Part shown: positions 37,786-46,462 of the stretch, piece after piece
Position numbering within the stretch: the first letter of the stretch is position 1
Layout: every line of letters starts with the position of its first letter
DNA from: an uncultured Acidobacteriaceae bacterium
GTDB lineage: Bacteria; Acidobacteriota; Terriglobia; Terriglobales; Acidobacteriaceae
Direction of reading: 5' to 3'
Assembly (NCBI GenBank): GCA_963757205.1
Contig: CAVWQM010000005.1
Coordinates: 78,558 to 142,557 of the forward strand
Length of the DNA stretch: 64,000 bases
The notes under the pieces: model-generated
Seen by the model: only the letters and a program-made list of their open reading frames with translations
Database searches by the model: none
What the model was told of the DNA's origin: nothing
Made by a program: the position numbers and the translations under genes

Positions 37786-38142
37786 TTAAAAGTGCAGTGT
37801 CAGGACATAGTCCATTGATGTCGGCTTGCCAAAATACGAGCCGGGAACGAATTCGGCTTGCTGAGCGGCTACGGTCGCGGCATCGGCGAGAACCCCATCG
37901 CCTAACTCCACGCGGATATCACCAGGCTTGCCGTTCTCCTGTACGTCTATGATCAGCCGTACATGGCCGTGACTTCCGTGACAGGGCTTCCCTGCTCTGC
38001 AATCCGGGGTGGGTAAGCTGACCAACCGGGGAGGCGTTATGGGTGGGCGGCCCTGAGCGCACAGGGGAGGCAACGTTGCTATGAGAGATAGCACGATGGC
38101 TGCTCCAGTTTTGCGCATGCAACATAGTCTCATGAGAGACAT
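37786..38142 (-). CDS. Small secreted TonB C-terminal-like domain protein
   Basis: Signal peptide (MRKTGAAIVLSLIATLPPLCAQ from the alternative ATG at 38118), Pro-rich linker and TonB_C-like HVRLIIDVQENGKPGDIRV...A...AAQQAEFVPG. Confidence 0.5.
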   Translation of the reverse strand: MSLMRLCCMRKTGAAIVLSLIATLPPLCAQGRPPITPPRLVSLPTPDCRAGKPCHGSHGHVRLIIDVQENGKPGDIRVELGDGVLADAATVAAQQAEFVPGSYFGKPTSMDYVLTLHF

Positions 38143-38170
38143 GAATGGACCATGATTTTTCTTTCGGGTT

Positions 38171-38210
38171 ATCTTGTATTGGGTTGGATGATCTTGTATT
38201 GGGTTGGATG
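38171..38210. repeat. Perfect 20-bp tandem duplication ATCTTGTATTGGGTTGGATG x2
   Basis: 38171-38190 equals 38191-38210. It lies 29-68 nt upstream of the minus-strand start codon at 38142. Confidence 0.9.
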
Positions 38211-38693
38211 ACCCAAGCCGCCGAGGGTGAACATTTTGGGGTCGGTCTCCGGAAACGGTTGGCTACGGCAAAGTTTGGTTTAGGGACAGTCTGCCGGCGG
38301 TGAGAAAGCTTTCATGCAGAGCTCCGTAAGGGACTCATTTGCTTATAGCTTCCGCCGATTCCTCGCCCCTGATTCTGTTGCAGCGTGCTCAAGCATCGTT
38401 AGCGTCGTTTGTAGGGAAAGAAGCCTCAATGAGCCACAAGCACTTGTTGTCCGCATTCGTAAAAGGCTGCTGTATTTCCGAGAAAGCACGTTTATGAGGA
38501 CTAGTATCCAAATTTGCACGCTCTCAATGAGCGCATTGCCCTGTTCGCAATAGTTGTCAACAAATTCCGAATTTCTCCGTTCGAGCATTGCGCTCTGCAA
38601 TCGAATGGACGCAACAGTCGCGGATGCAGTTTCCATTTATGCGGGTCAACTCGCGGTTGTGGCCGGGACCCACAGACTCCAAAAAGAGACACC

Positions 38694-38728
38694 TTGACCT
38701 TCTACATGTTCGAGCGTATATGTAGAAG
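38694..38728 (+). promoter_or_regulatory. Putative padR promoter with overlapping 9-bp inverted repeat (candidate PadR operator)
   Basis: TTGACC (38694-38699), 17 nt spacer, TATATG (38717-38722). CTTCTACAT (38699-38707) is the reverse complement of ATGTAGAAG (38720-38728). It ends 8 nt before the padR ATG. Confidence 0.5.
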
Positions 38729-38736
38729 CCATAGGC

Positions 38737-39087
38737 ATGAAGACTGAAAACAAATTCGATCTCCCGCAGGGTACCCTCGATCTACTCATCATGAGGGTGG
38801 TTGCGCTTGGCCCCATTCACGGTTACGCCATCGCGCAAAGGATTCAGCAAATGTCTCGCGAGGCCTTGCAAGTCCAACAGGGATCGCTTTATCCCGCTCT
38901 CCATCGCCTCGAATACAAAAAGTTGCTCGCCTCCAACTGGCAGCCGTCTGAGACAGGCCGTGAAGCCAAGTTCTATGAGCTCACCGCCAAAGGTCGAGCG
39001 CATCTCAGGGCGGAGACCGAAAACTGGAAGCGCCTCACCGACGTTGTCGGGCTCATTCTTAAGGGAACTCTGGAGGGACTTTCATGA
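38737..39087 (+). CDS. PadR family transcriptional regulator
   Basis: GTLDLLIMRVVALGPIHGYAIAQRIQQMS...GSLYPALHRLEYKKLL winged-helix signature. 116 aa. Confidence 0.9.
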   Translation: MKTENKFDLPQGTLDLLIMRVVALGPIHGYAIAQRIQQMSREALQVQQGSLYPALHRLEYKKLLASNWQPSETGREAKFYELTAKGRAHLRAETENWKRLTDVVGLILKGTLEGLS

Positions 39088-41813
39088 GCTGGCTGCAGAG
39101 ACTATTCGCGCGTAGGCGCATGGAGCGCGGTTTGGAGAAGGAAATCCAGTTTCACGTCGAATCGCAGGTTGCCGACAAGGTGCGATCCGGCATTTCCGAA
39201 ATCGAAGCCCGCCGGCTGACGCGTCTGGAGTTCGGTGGCACCGAACAGATCAAAGAGGATTGCCGGGAGAGCCGAGGGACAATGTGGCTCGAATCGCTCG
39301 TTCAGGATGTCCGCTACGGTCTTCGACAACTTCGAAGATCGCCCGGCTTCACCTTCATCGCCATTCTCTCTCTCACGCTGGGCATCGGCGCGAACACTGC
39401 CATCTTCACGCTGCTCAACGCGATCCTGCTGCGCCCGCTTCCTGTCCAGAAGCCCAGTGAGTTGCTTCTATTCGGGGACGGCCAGGCGCAGGGCAGCACC
39501 CAATCAATTCCCGACGGGAACACGAGGCTGTTCTCCTATTCCTTCTTTCACGATTTTCGCCAGAAAGATACTTCGTTTTCGGGAATCGCCGCGGTAGATA
39601 GCAGCCACTTTGCGACCAAAGCTTCGATTGGCGGGGCAGCATATCAAACGACCCACGTCGATCTTGTCTCCGGCAGTTACTTCTCCGTGCTAGGCGTACC
39701 GGCGTTTCTGGGCCGTACGGTTGGCGAATCCGACGATGGCGCCGACGGCGCGGGTCCGGTCGCCGTAGCCAGTTACTCCTGGTTCCAGCGGCAATTCAAT
39801 GGCGACCCATCCGCGCTTGGTAAAACCATTCGCATCCAGTCGCACGACTACACGCTGGTCGGCGTTGCCCGGCCGGGCTTCTACGGATACACGGTGGGCC
39901 AATCGGCTGACCTGTGGATTCCGCTTTCGATGGAGAAGGCGTTCTCTCGTGCGGGCTGGAATGGACTCGGGGATAGATTCTTTCAGTCGCTCTATCTCAT
40001 CGGTCGTCTGAAACCCGGCGTGACCGCAACCCAGGCGAGCGCCGAAACCAATCTGCTGTTCAAGCAGATTCTCCGCAGCTACCTCGGGCCTCAACCTCCA
40101 CAAAAGCACCTCGATGATATTGCACACGCCAGTATCCAACTGAATCCAGGAGGCCGTGGAGTCTCGTATTTGCGTAGTGCGTTCTCGGTGCCGCTCATGA
40201 TCCTCATGGCGATTGTCACGCTGGTGCTTCTGATCGCGTGCGCGAATATCGCGAACATGCTTCTTGCCCGCGGTGTAGCGCGAACGCGTGAAGTCGCGGT
40301 GCGCATGGCACTGGGCGCATCGCGTCGCCGGATTGTATTGCAACTTCTCACGGAGTCTCTATTGCTTGCTTTTCTGGGAGCGGCGGCCGGTGTTGCGCTG
40401 GCATGGAAGGCGAGTGCTGTGCTTCTGAGCATGGCCACGCCCGGCCCTAATCCCGTTCCGTTGAATCTGACCCCCGACATGGCCGTGCTCGGCTTTACGC
40501 TAGGGGTTGCGGTGGTAACGGCGCTTCTGTTCGGCATGCTGCCGGCATTCCGGGCGGCGGGGCTTGAGTTCACACCTGCCCTCAAGGACGGGCGCGGCAG
40601 TTCTTCTTCCACGACGCGCGGCGCGCTGGCGCGATCGCTTATCGTCGGACAGATTGCGATTTCTGTCGTACTGCTGGTTGTCGCCGGGTTGTTCGTGCGC
40701 AGTCTCATTCACTTGTCTGACGTTGACACGGGTTTCGACAAGCACAACGTCCTCATCTTTTCACTCGACTCAAGTACGGCCAATCTGCCGCGTGGAACTC
40801 CGGAAGAGATACGCTCTGTCCAGTTACAGGAGCAGATCGAAGACCGTGTGCAGAACATCCCCGGCGTAAAAGCGGATGGCTTTGCCTTCTTCACTTTCAA
40901 TCAAGGCGGATGGACCGACGAAGTTCTCTTCAAGGGCATCCCGCGGACGCAGTCAAACGGCGGCGAGGTCTTCTTCAACATTACCGGCAAGGGATATTTC
41001 TCGACGATGGGCATTCAGCTGGTTGCGGGCCGTCTCTTCAACGCTCAGGATACGCAGATGGCAAATAAAGTCGCGGTCATCAACGAAACGATGGCGCGTC
41101 ACTTCTTTCCGAATGGCTCGGCGATCGGACACCGCTTTGGAATCGGAGAGATCCCGGATCATCCTGGCGAGAAGGAGGTGATCGGGGTGGTCAAGGACGC
41201 CAAGTACACTTCACTCAACGAAGGCACGCTGATGGCGGCCTATTTTCCCTGCACACAAAATCCTGGGTTCTATGGGAACTTTGCGGTTCGCTATGCTCCC
41301 GGGGCAAACCAGCAGGAGATCGTCTCGCGAACGCGCCGTGCCATCGCCGAGGTCAACCCGAACATTCTGGTCAACAACGTTGGCAGTCTGGAAGAACAGG
41401 TGGACGGTTCTATCGTGACGCAGTCGCTGATTGCCCGGCTTTCGAGTTTCTTTGGAATCATTGCTGTTTTCCTCGGCTGCATCGGCATCTACGGTTTGCT
41501 TTCGTATTCGGTAGCCCGCCGCACAAGTGAGTTTGGAGTCCGTCTCGCTCTCGGGGCACGATCTAATATGCTGCTTTGGATGATCCTTCGAGAATGCATT
41601 CTGCTGTTGGCACTCGGACTCGCTCTCGGTGTGCCTGTCGCATTGAGTTCAACACGCATTGTCAAGAGCCTGCTCTACGAGTTAAGTCCGCTCGACCCGA
41701 TGGCTATCTCCATCGCAATTGCCACCGTTTCCGTAATGACCATCGCTGCCGCGTGGGTACCCGCAAGGCGCGCCACCAAAATCGACCCGATGCAAGCCTT
41801 GCGCACCGAATAG
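39084..41813 (+). CDS. ADOP-family duplicated FtsX/MacB-like permease with permease-prefix domain (no ATPase partner)
   Basis: ATGA overlap with padR. N-terminal prefix (LEKEIQFHVESQV...EARRLTRLEFGG) and two MacB_PCD + FtsX halves. The C-terminus is ARRATKIDPMQALRTE. 909 aa. Confidence 0.9.
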   Translation: MSWLQRLFARRRMERGLEKEIQFHVESQVADKVRSGISEIEARRLTRLEFGGTEQIKEDCRESRGTMWLESLVQDVRYGLRQLRRSPGFTFIAILSLTLGIGANTAIFTLLNAILLRPLPVQKPSELLLFGDGQAQGSTQSIPDGNTRLFSYSFFHDFRQKDTSFSGIAAVDSSHFATKASIGGAAYQTTHVDLVSGSYFSVLGVPAFLGRTVGESDDGADGAGPVAVASYSWFQRQFNGDPSALGKTIRIQSHDYTLVGVARPGFYGYTVGQSADLWIPLSMEKAFSRAGWNGLGDRFFQSLYLIGRLKPGVTATQASAETNLLFKQILRSYLGPQPPQKHLDDIAHASIQLNPGGRGVSYLRSAFSVPLMILMAIVTLVLLIACANIANMLLARGVARTREVAVRMALGASRRRIVLQLLTESLLLAFLGAAAGVALAWKASAVLLSMATPGPNPVPLNLTPDMAVLGFTLGVAVVTALLFGMLPAFRAAGLEFTPALKDGRGSSSSTTRGALARSLIVGQIAISVVLLVVAGLFVRSLIHLSDVDTGFDKHNVLIFSLDSSTANLPRGTPEEIRSVQLQEQIEDRVQNIPGVKADGFAFFTFNQGGWTDEVLFKGIPRTQSNGGEVFFNITGKGYFSTMGIQLVAGRLFNAQDTQMANKVAVINETMARHFFPNGSAIGHRFGIGEIPDHPGEKEVIGVVKDAKYTSLNEGTLMAAYFPCTQNPGFYGNFAVRYAPGANQQEIVSRTRRAIAEVNPNILVNNVGSLEEQVDGSIVTQSLIARLSSFFGIIAVFLGCIGIYGLLSYSVARRTSEFGVRLALGARSNMLLWMILRECILLLALGLALGVPVALSSTRIVKSLLYELSPLDPMAISIAIATVSVMTIAAAWVPARRATKIDPMQALRTE

Positions 41814-41896
41814 CCGCAGAAAACACTTGCTGGCCACCCCTGTGTCGATCAACCATCCCTGAATTGGCCTTGATTAGAGCTAAATCGCCAATGCGC

Positions 41897-42175
41897 TCAT
41901 CGAGAAGGCGGAAGGTCCTCACAAGTCGGCTTGTCGTGAGTGATCACCGGCTGATGAGAAGTGCGTTCATGAGGATTGACTCTCGCTGAGCGAGCGACGA
42001 GCCTCAACGAATTGAGGCAAGCCCAGCTTGGCAGGAAGGTGACGTTCGAAATCGTTCGTGGCGTATCCGAAGACGGTTCTGCACGTGCCCATGTGGTCAG
42101 ACATGCGTCGTGTCCTAAAGCTCTGAAAACGTCTCGAACTCTACCGGACATCTCACAAGCTACGAGTACACGCAT
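41897..42175 (-). pseudogene. Remnant of a phage-type DNA methyltransferase-like gene (N-terminal ~24 codons recognisable)
   Basis: MRVLVACEMSGRVRDVFRALGHDA resembles the N-terminus of a protein family I recall as common in prophages and annotated as DNA methyltransferase. The remaining 68 aa are low-quality sequence. AGGA Shine-Dalgarno-like motif upstream. Confidence 0.35.
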
Positions 42176-42261
42176 TCCTTTCCTGGAGCAGATTTACTTG
42201 GATTGTTGGGGGTGAAACAGGCGTGTAGGATGGGCAACACGCTTTTCAGAAGGAGGTTTGT

Positions 42262-43062
42262 ATGGCTGAGCCTATGGTGTGGCTTCCACCTGAACGGAAG
42301 GGTTTCAGGGCCTTTGTTGAAAGGCATGACGCACTGTTCACGGTATTTGGTGCGGGAATAGTCTTTATCGCATTCTTCATGAAAGAGGGCGTTAAAGAGC
42401 AACATCGAGATGCGACATCTAGCATCAGGGAGTACCAGTCGGATTTTGAGAGTCGCCGCGATTACACGGGGATCATAAACCGGATCGAAGAGTTGAGGAA
42501 TGAGATGAGAACAAAGAGTGCTTCTCGTGGAAGCGCTTTGCAATTTGAGTATGACAATGATGCTCAGCGGCTAGCCTTGCTATCCGAACAAGTGACGGAC
42601 GCCGACAAGCGGCTTTCCCACGCAAACGATTTGATAGATCACCTTCCCGACGTGGGTCGGAAGGGGAAATGGTTGGATTTTCTCGGAGTGGAGGATATGC
42701 AGTCTGACCTTTCAAGTAAGTTCTTCGCTCTTCAAGAGCAATATAAGCAATTGGAACCGCTGCTGAATCGGCTAAGAGTGTCGGATACAAAGAAGCAGAA
42801 ATCGAGTCGGGCAAATGAACAGATAGAGTTCTCCAAACTGCTGGATACCACGGAACGTGAACTTAAAGAATTTAATGTGCGATTGGGTAAATACGAAGAA
42901 GAAATACGATCGACATCCGAGATAGAGGGCATCGATGAGGAAGATCATGTCACTTCAGCGACCCATATTAGCTGGCTCTTATTCATCATTGGCTGGGGAA
43001 TGGGCCTAATTGGCAAGCTCCTAAAGGTCCCTGCTCTCGGTGGATCAGGATCAGGAGATTAG
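42262..43062 (+). CDS. Hypothetical membrane protein: TM, ~195-aa coiled-coil, TM
   Basis: Strong AAGGAGG 6 nt upstream of the ATG. Hydrophobic segments ALFTVFGAGIVFIAFFM and ISWLLFIIGWGMGLIGKLL flank a heptad-like charged region. AT-rich codon usage. Confidence 0.7.
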   Translation: MAEPMVWLPPERKGFRAFVERHDALFTVFGAGIVFIAFFMKEGVKEQHRDATSSIREYQSDFESRRDYTGIINRIEELRNEMRTKSASRGSALQFEYDNDAQRLALLSEQVTDADKRLSHANDLIDHLPDVGRKGKWLDFLGVEDMQSDLSSKFFALQEQYKQLEPLLNRLRVSDTKKQKSSRANEQIEFSKLLDTTERELKEFNVRLGKYEEEIRSTSEIEGIDEEDHVTSATHISWLLFIIGWGMGLIGKLLKVPALGGSGSGD

Positions 43063-43466
43063 ATATTGAGCAGTACGTTTGTGATCTTTACCGCATCGCC
43101 TTCAATCTCTAATTTGTCGGTAAAGAGTTTGAGAGTCTTCCCTATCAGTTCAGCGCCCTTTAGCACAGCCTGGGGATCGTAGAGGTCTGAAGCGGAATCG
43201 TTACACTTCGCAATGACAGACATTATGGTATTGATCACATAATCTGCATCTGCACTGAGTCTCTTAGCGCGTCTTTCCAGACGCTTATCAATCTCAGCTC
43301 GGACCTTATCAATCGTTAACAGTCTGGAAGCCTGTTCAGTGGCACTGTTCTCTGCGTACCCGGCGGATAGTGCTGCCTTGGTGGCGTTCATTCCGTTGGC
43401 TAAGTATTCAGAAATGAAGAGGTTCTGCTTAGGCGTGAGAGTCTTTATAAGGAACTGATTAGACAT
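43059..43466 (-). CDS. Phage terminase small subunit (P27/Terminase_2-like)
   Basis: LTPKQNLFISEYLANGMNATKAALSAGYAENSATEQASRLL is the typical TerS HTH region. 135 aa. It overlaps the convergent ORF by 4 nt. Confidence 0.7.
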   Translation of the reverse strand: MSNQFLIKTLTPKQNLFISEYLANGMNATKAALSAGYAENSATEQASRLLTIDKVRAEIDKRLERRAKRLSADADYVINTIMSVIAKCNDSASDLYDPQAVLKGAELIGKTLKLFTDKLEIEGDAVKITNVLLNI

Positions 43467-43579
43467 ATTTTAGAGGAAACGAGTGGTCTTCTATTCAATC
43501 CTGGTGGGGTGCGGATCGGCGGGGGAATACAAGACCACTGAGGACGGTTCTTAGATGAATGTCCTGGAGAGATGAAAGA

Positions 43580-43607
43580 CACACCCCTACTTTTAAATAG
43601 GGGTGTG
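43580..43607 (-). terminator. Perfect 10-bp stem hairpin, possible terminator of the ADOP gene 43779-46442
   Basis: CACACCCCTA (43580-43589) pairs with TAGGGGTGTG (43598-43607). On the minus strand it is followed by TCTTTCATCTC. Confidence 0.4.
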
Positions 43608-43778
43608 ATCGATGAGTAGGAGAGTGTGAAAACCTCATCGGATATTGATTTGTTCAGCCCGGTTTTTAGTAATCAGGCAATGATGCCACTACTGTGAGAG
43701 GAAAGCGGAACGCCCATGCATCGAGGATGGCGAGGGCCATATCCGCAGCCGTTGACTCTCTATTCCCTCATCCCTGAC

Positions 43779-46442
43779 CTACTCAAACCGCAATGCGCTC
43801 ATCGGATCCACCCGCACCGCCCGCTGCGCTGGTACCCACACAGCCAGCAGCGCCACTGTACTCAACAACACCGGCGTCACGATGAACGCCAGCGGGTCCC
43901 AGGCCTTCACATCAAACAGGAACGATGCCAGAAAGCGCGTCACCCCAAACGCGCCCGCAATCCCGATCACCACGCCGATCAGCGCCAGCACCATGCCCTG
44001 GCGGATCACCATGTTGCGAATGTGCGAGGCCTGCGCACCCAACGCCATCCGAATACCCATCTCCTGGGTCCGCTGTTGCACCGAGTACGCCATCAGCCCA
44101 TAGATCCCGATCGCCGCCATCAACAGTGCCGATGCACCGAAGATCGTCAGCATCAGCATGTTGAAACGCTGCCGCGACGTGTTCAGCACCACGATCTCTT
44201 CCATTGTGCGGATATGCGCCACCGGCAGCCCGCCGCTCGCCACCAGCAACGCCGCCGCCATCGGGTTCGCCAGCGAATGCGGTTCCACCTTGCTGCGCAC
44301 AATCCAGAACATCGGCGCAATCCGCGAGTTCAGCGCGGTCATCCCGTCGGGCATCTGGGCAATCGGCGTGTACATCATCGGATCAGGCTTACGATCCAGT
44401 GCCGCAGCCCGCGTGTCGCCGACGATCCCAATGATCTGTCGCGCCGGTTCGGCAAAGGCCGGTCCTGCACCGGGCGCAATTAGCAAACGGTCCTTCAGCG
44501 GATCGCCCTTCGGCCAATACTGCTTCGCCAACGCTTCGTTGATGATCACCACACCCGGCCCCGCACCGTTGTCCTGTTCGGTAAACATGCGGCCGCGCAG
44601 TAGCGGAACCTTGAAGGTGTTGAAGTAATTCCACGACACCGTCAGGTATCCGCCGCCTCCCGTAAAAGGAGCGTCGCCCTTCGGCCGCCCCACAATATTG
44701 AAGGGCAGGCCGAAACCCCTGTCGAGTGGCAGGCAGCAAGCAGCAGCCGCGTTCTCCACTCCCGGCAGCGCTGTCAGCTTGTCCGTTCCGTCCTTCACCA
44801 GTTGCGCCACGCCCGCCGTCTTTTGGAAGCGGTCCCCGCTGATCGACATCGCCATCGTCAGCACATTGCGCGTGTCATATCCCGGATCCACCGCTTGGAG
44901 CTTCATGAAAGTACGGATCAACAGCGCCGCCCCAATCACCAGGATCAGAGCCAGCGCCAGCTCGCTGATCACCAGTGCGGAGCGCAACTTTCCGGTTCGA
45001 AGGCCCACGCCGCTGCGGCTGCTGCTCTCATTCAGCGCGGCCACAAGATTCGGTCGCGACGCGCTGATCGCCGGCGCCAGCCCAAACAAAATTCCCGTCA
45101 GCACCGACACGCTCAGCGTGAACAGCAGCACATGCATATCTGGAACTACCGCTGTTCCATTTTCCCCGACATGCGGAATGTAACTTGGCGCCATCGCCAG
45201 CAGAAGCCGCACGCCCACCACGCCCAGCACCAACCCCAACATGCCGCCGGTCAGCGCCAGCGCCAGGCTCTCTGTCAGCAACTGCCTGACGATCGTTCCG
45301 CGCCCCGCGCCCAGCGCCGCGCGGGTCGCCAGTTCCCGCTTGCGTCCTGTCGCGCGCACCAGCATCAGGTTCGCTACATTCGCGCACGCGATCAATAGCA
45401 CAAATCCCACCGCGCCCATCAGCACCCACAGCGAAGTGCGCGAATCGCCAACCCACGCCTCCGCCAGCGACACTACGCCGAACCCATCCTGCGGCCCCAT
45501 TGCCCGCGACCCATAGGCGCGGCGGTATTCGTCTGCGGCGAGCTTCAGTTGCGCATTTGCCTGCGCGTACGTGATTCCCGGCTTCAGCCGCGCCGCCACC
45601 ATAAAGTAGTTCGCCTGGTCCTGCGTGTTCAGATCGAATTGAAATGGCAGATAAAGGTCGGTAGGCGTATCCGTCACAAAGCTTTTGCCGATCACGCCCA
45701 CTACCAGATAGGGCTGTCCGTCCAATTGAATCGTTGAGCCCACAATCTTCGAGTTGCCGCCGAAGCGGCTCTTCCAAAGTGCGTAACTCAGCACGACCAC
45801 GCGCCCGCCGTTCGGCGAGTCTTCTGCCTCGGTGAACGTACGCCCCAGGATTACCGGCGCGCCCAGCATCGAAAAGTACTGTTGCGTCACGTGCACGCCC
45901 TGCACCTGCTGCGGCTTGTCGCCGCCTGTCAAGTTCAGCCCTGCGCCGCCGAAGTCAAATCCCGCCACCTTCGAGAAAATGCTCGTCTGCTCGCGCCATA
46001 TCTTGAACTTCTGGACATTCGCTCCCCCGCCGGAGCCTCGGGGCGACGTGTTCATCAGGTCAACCAACGAATCCTGATCCGGAAATATCAGAGGCTTCAG
46101 CAACACCGTGTTGATGACCGAAAACACCGCCGTGTTCACCCCGATGCCGACGGCAATCACCAGAATGGCGATGATGGTAAAGCCTGGTGTCTTCCCGAGT
46201 CCTCGTACAGCGAAGCGAAGATCGCGCCAGAGGTCTTCAAGCCAAGGAAACGAACGATAGCGCCACACACGCTCGCGAGTCGAGCGCGGGTTCCCGAAAC
46301 GCACATATGCCTGCCGACGGGCTTCTTCCGGAGAAAGGCCGCGCGCTGCATTGGCATCTTGTGCGTGGGCGAGATGGGATTCGATTTCCTCGGCGAGGTC
46401 TTCATCTTTCCTGGTGCGGTTTGTGAAACGCTGGAAGCTCAT
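43779..46442 (-). CDS. ADOP-family duplicated FtsX/MacB-like permease with permease-prefix domain
   Basis: Same architecture as 39084-41813. Prefix DLAEEIESHLAHAQD...EARRQAYVRFGN. C-terminus AQRAVRVDPMSALRFE. 887 aa. Confidence 0.9.
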   Translation of the reverse strand: MSFQRFTNRTRKDEDLAEEIESHLAHAQDANAARGLSPEEARRQAYVRFGNPRSTRERVWRYRSFPWLEDLWRDLRFAVRGLGKTPGFTIIAILVIAVGIGVNTAVFSVINTVLLKPLIFPDQDSLVDLMNTSPRGSGGGANVQKFKIWREQTSIFSKVAGFDFGGAGLNLTGGDKPQQVQGVHVTQQYFSMLGAPVILGRTFTEAEDSPNGGRVVVLSYALWKSRFGGNSKIVGSTIQLDGQPYLVVGVIGKSFVTDTPTDLYLPFQFDLNTQDQANYFMVAARLKPGITYAQANAQLKLAADEYRRAYGSRAMGPQDGFGVVSLAEAWVGDSRTSLWVLMGAVGFVLLIACANVANLMLVRATGRKRELATRAALGAGRGTIVRQLLTESLALALTGGMLGLVLGVVGVRLLLAMAPSYIPHVGENGTAVVPDMHVLLFTLSVSVLTGILFGLAPAISASRPNLVAALNESSSRSGVGLRTGKLRSALVISELALALILVIGAALLIRTFMKLQAVDPGYDTRNVLTMAMSISGDRFQKTAGVAQLVKDGTDKLTALPGVENAAAACCLPLDRGFGLPFNIVGRPKGDAPFTGGGGYLTVSWNYFNTFKVPLLRGRMFTEQDNGAGPGVVIINEALAKQYWPKGDPLKDRLLIAPGAGPAFAEPARQIIGIVGDTRAAALDRKPDPMMYTPIAQMPDGMTALNSRIAPMFWIVRSKVEPHSLANPMAAALLVASGGLPVAHIRTMEEIVVLNTSRQRFNMLMLTIFGASALLMAAIGIYGLMAYSVQQRTQEMGIRMALGAQASHIRNMVIRQGMVLALIGVVIGIAGAFGVTRFLASFLFDVKAWDPLAFIVTPVLLSTVALLAVWVPAQRAVRVDPMSALRFE

Positions 46443-46462
46443 CTGCGTTTTCCCTTCTGCAT

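Larger units (their letters stand above)
41889..43804. mobile_element. AT-richer islet (decayed prophage or integrative-element remnant) bounded by a 14-bp direct repeat
   Basis: CAATGCGCTCATCG occurs at 41889-41902 and 43791-43804. The right copy encodes the PMSAL C-terminus of the ADOP gene. The left copy reads MSALAI-stop on the minus strand. The contents are phage-like (terS, methyltransferase-like remnant). 23 G+C in the 60 nt 42841-42900. Confidence 0.45.

Noticed and set aside
38171-38210. Tandem repeats here and at 603-622, 47175-47210 and 46821-46878, considered as CRISPR arrays
   Set aside because: Each has only two copies, head-to-tail or with a 6-nt gap. There are no spacers of uniform length and no cas genes anywhere in the window.
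41704-41922. 72-aa minus-strand ORF overlapping the end of the first ADOP gene
   Set aside because: It is mostly antisense to the ADOP 3' end. Its only notable part is the 14-bp repeat, which reads as a permease C-terminus in a different frame.
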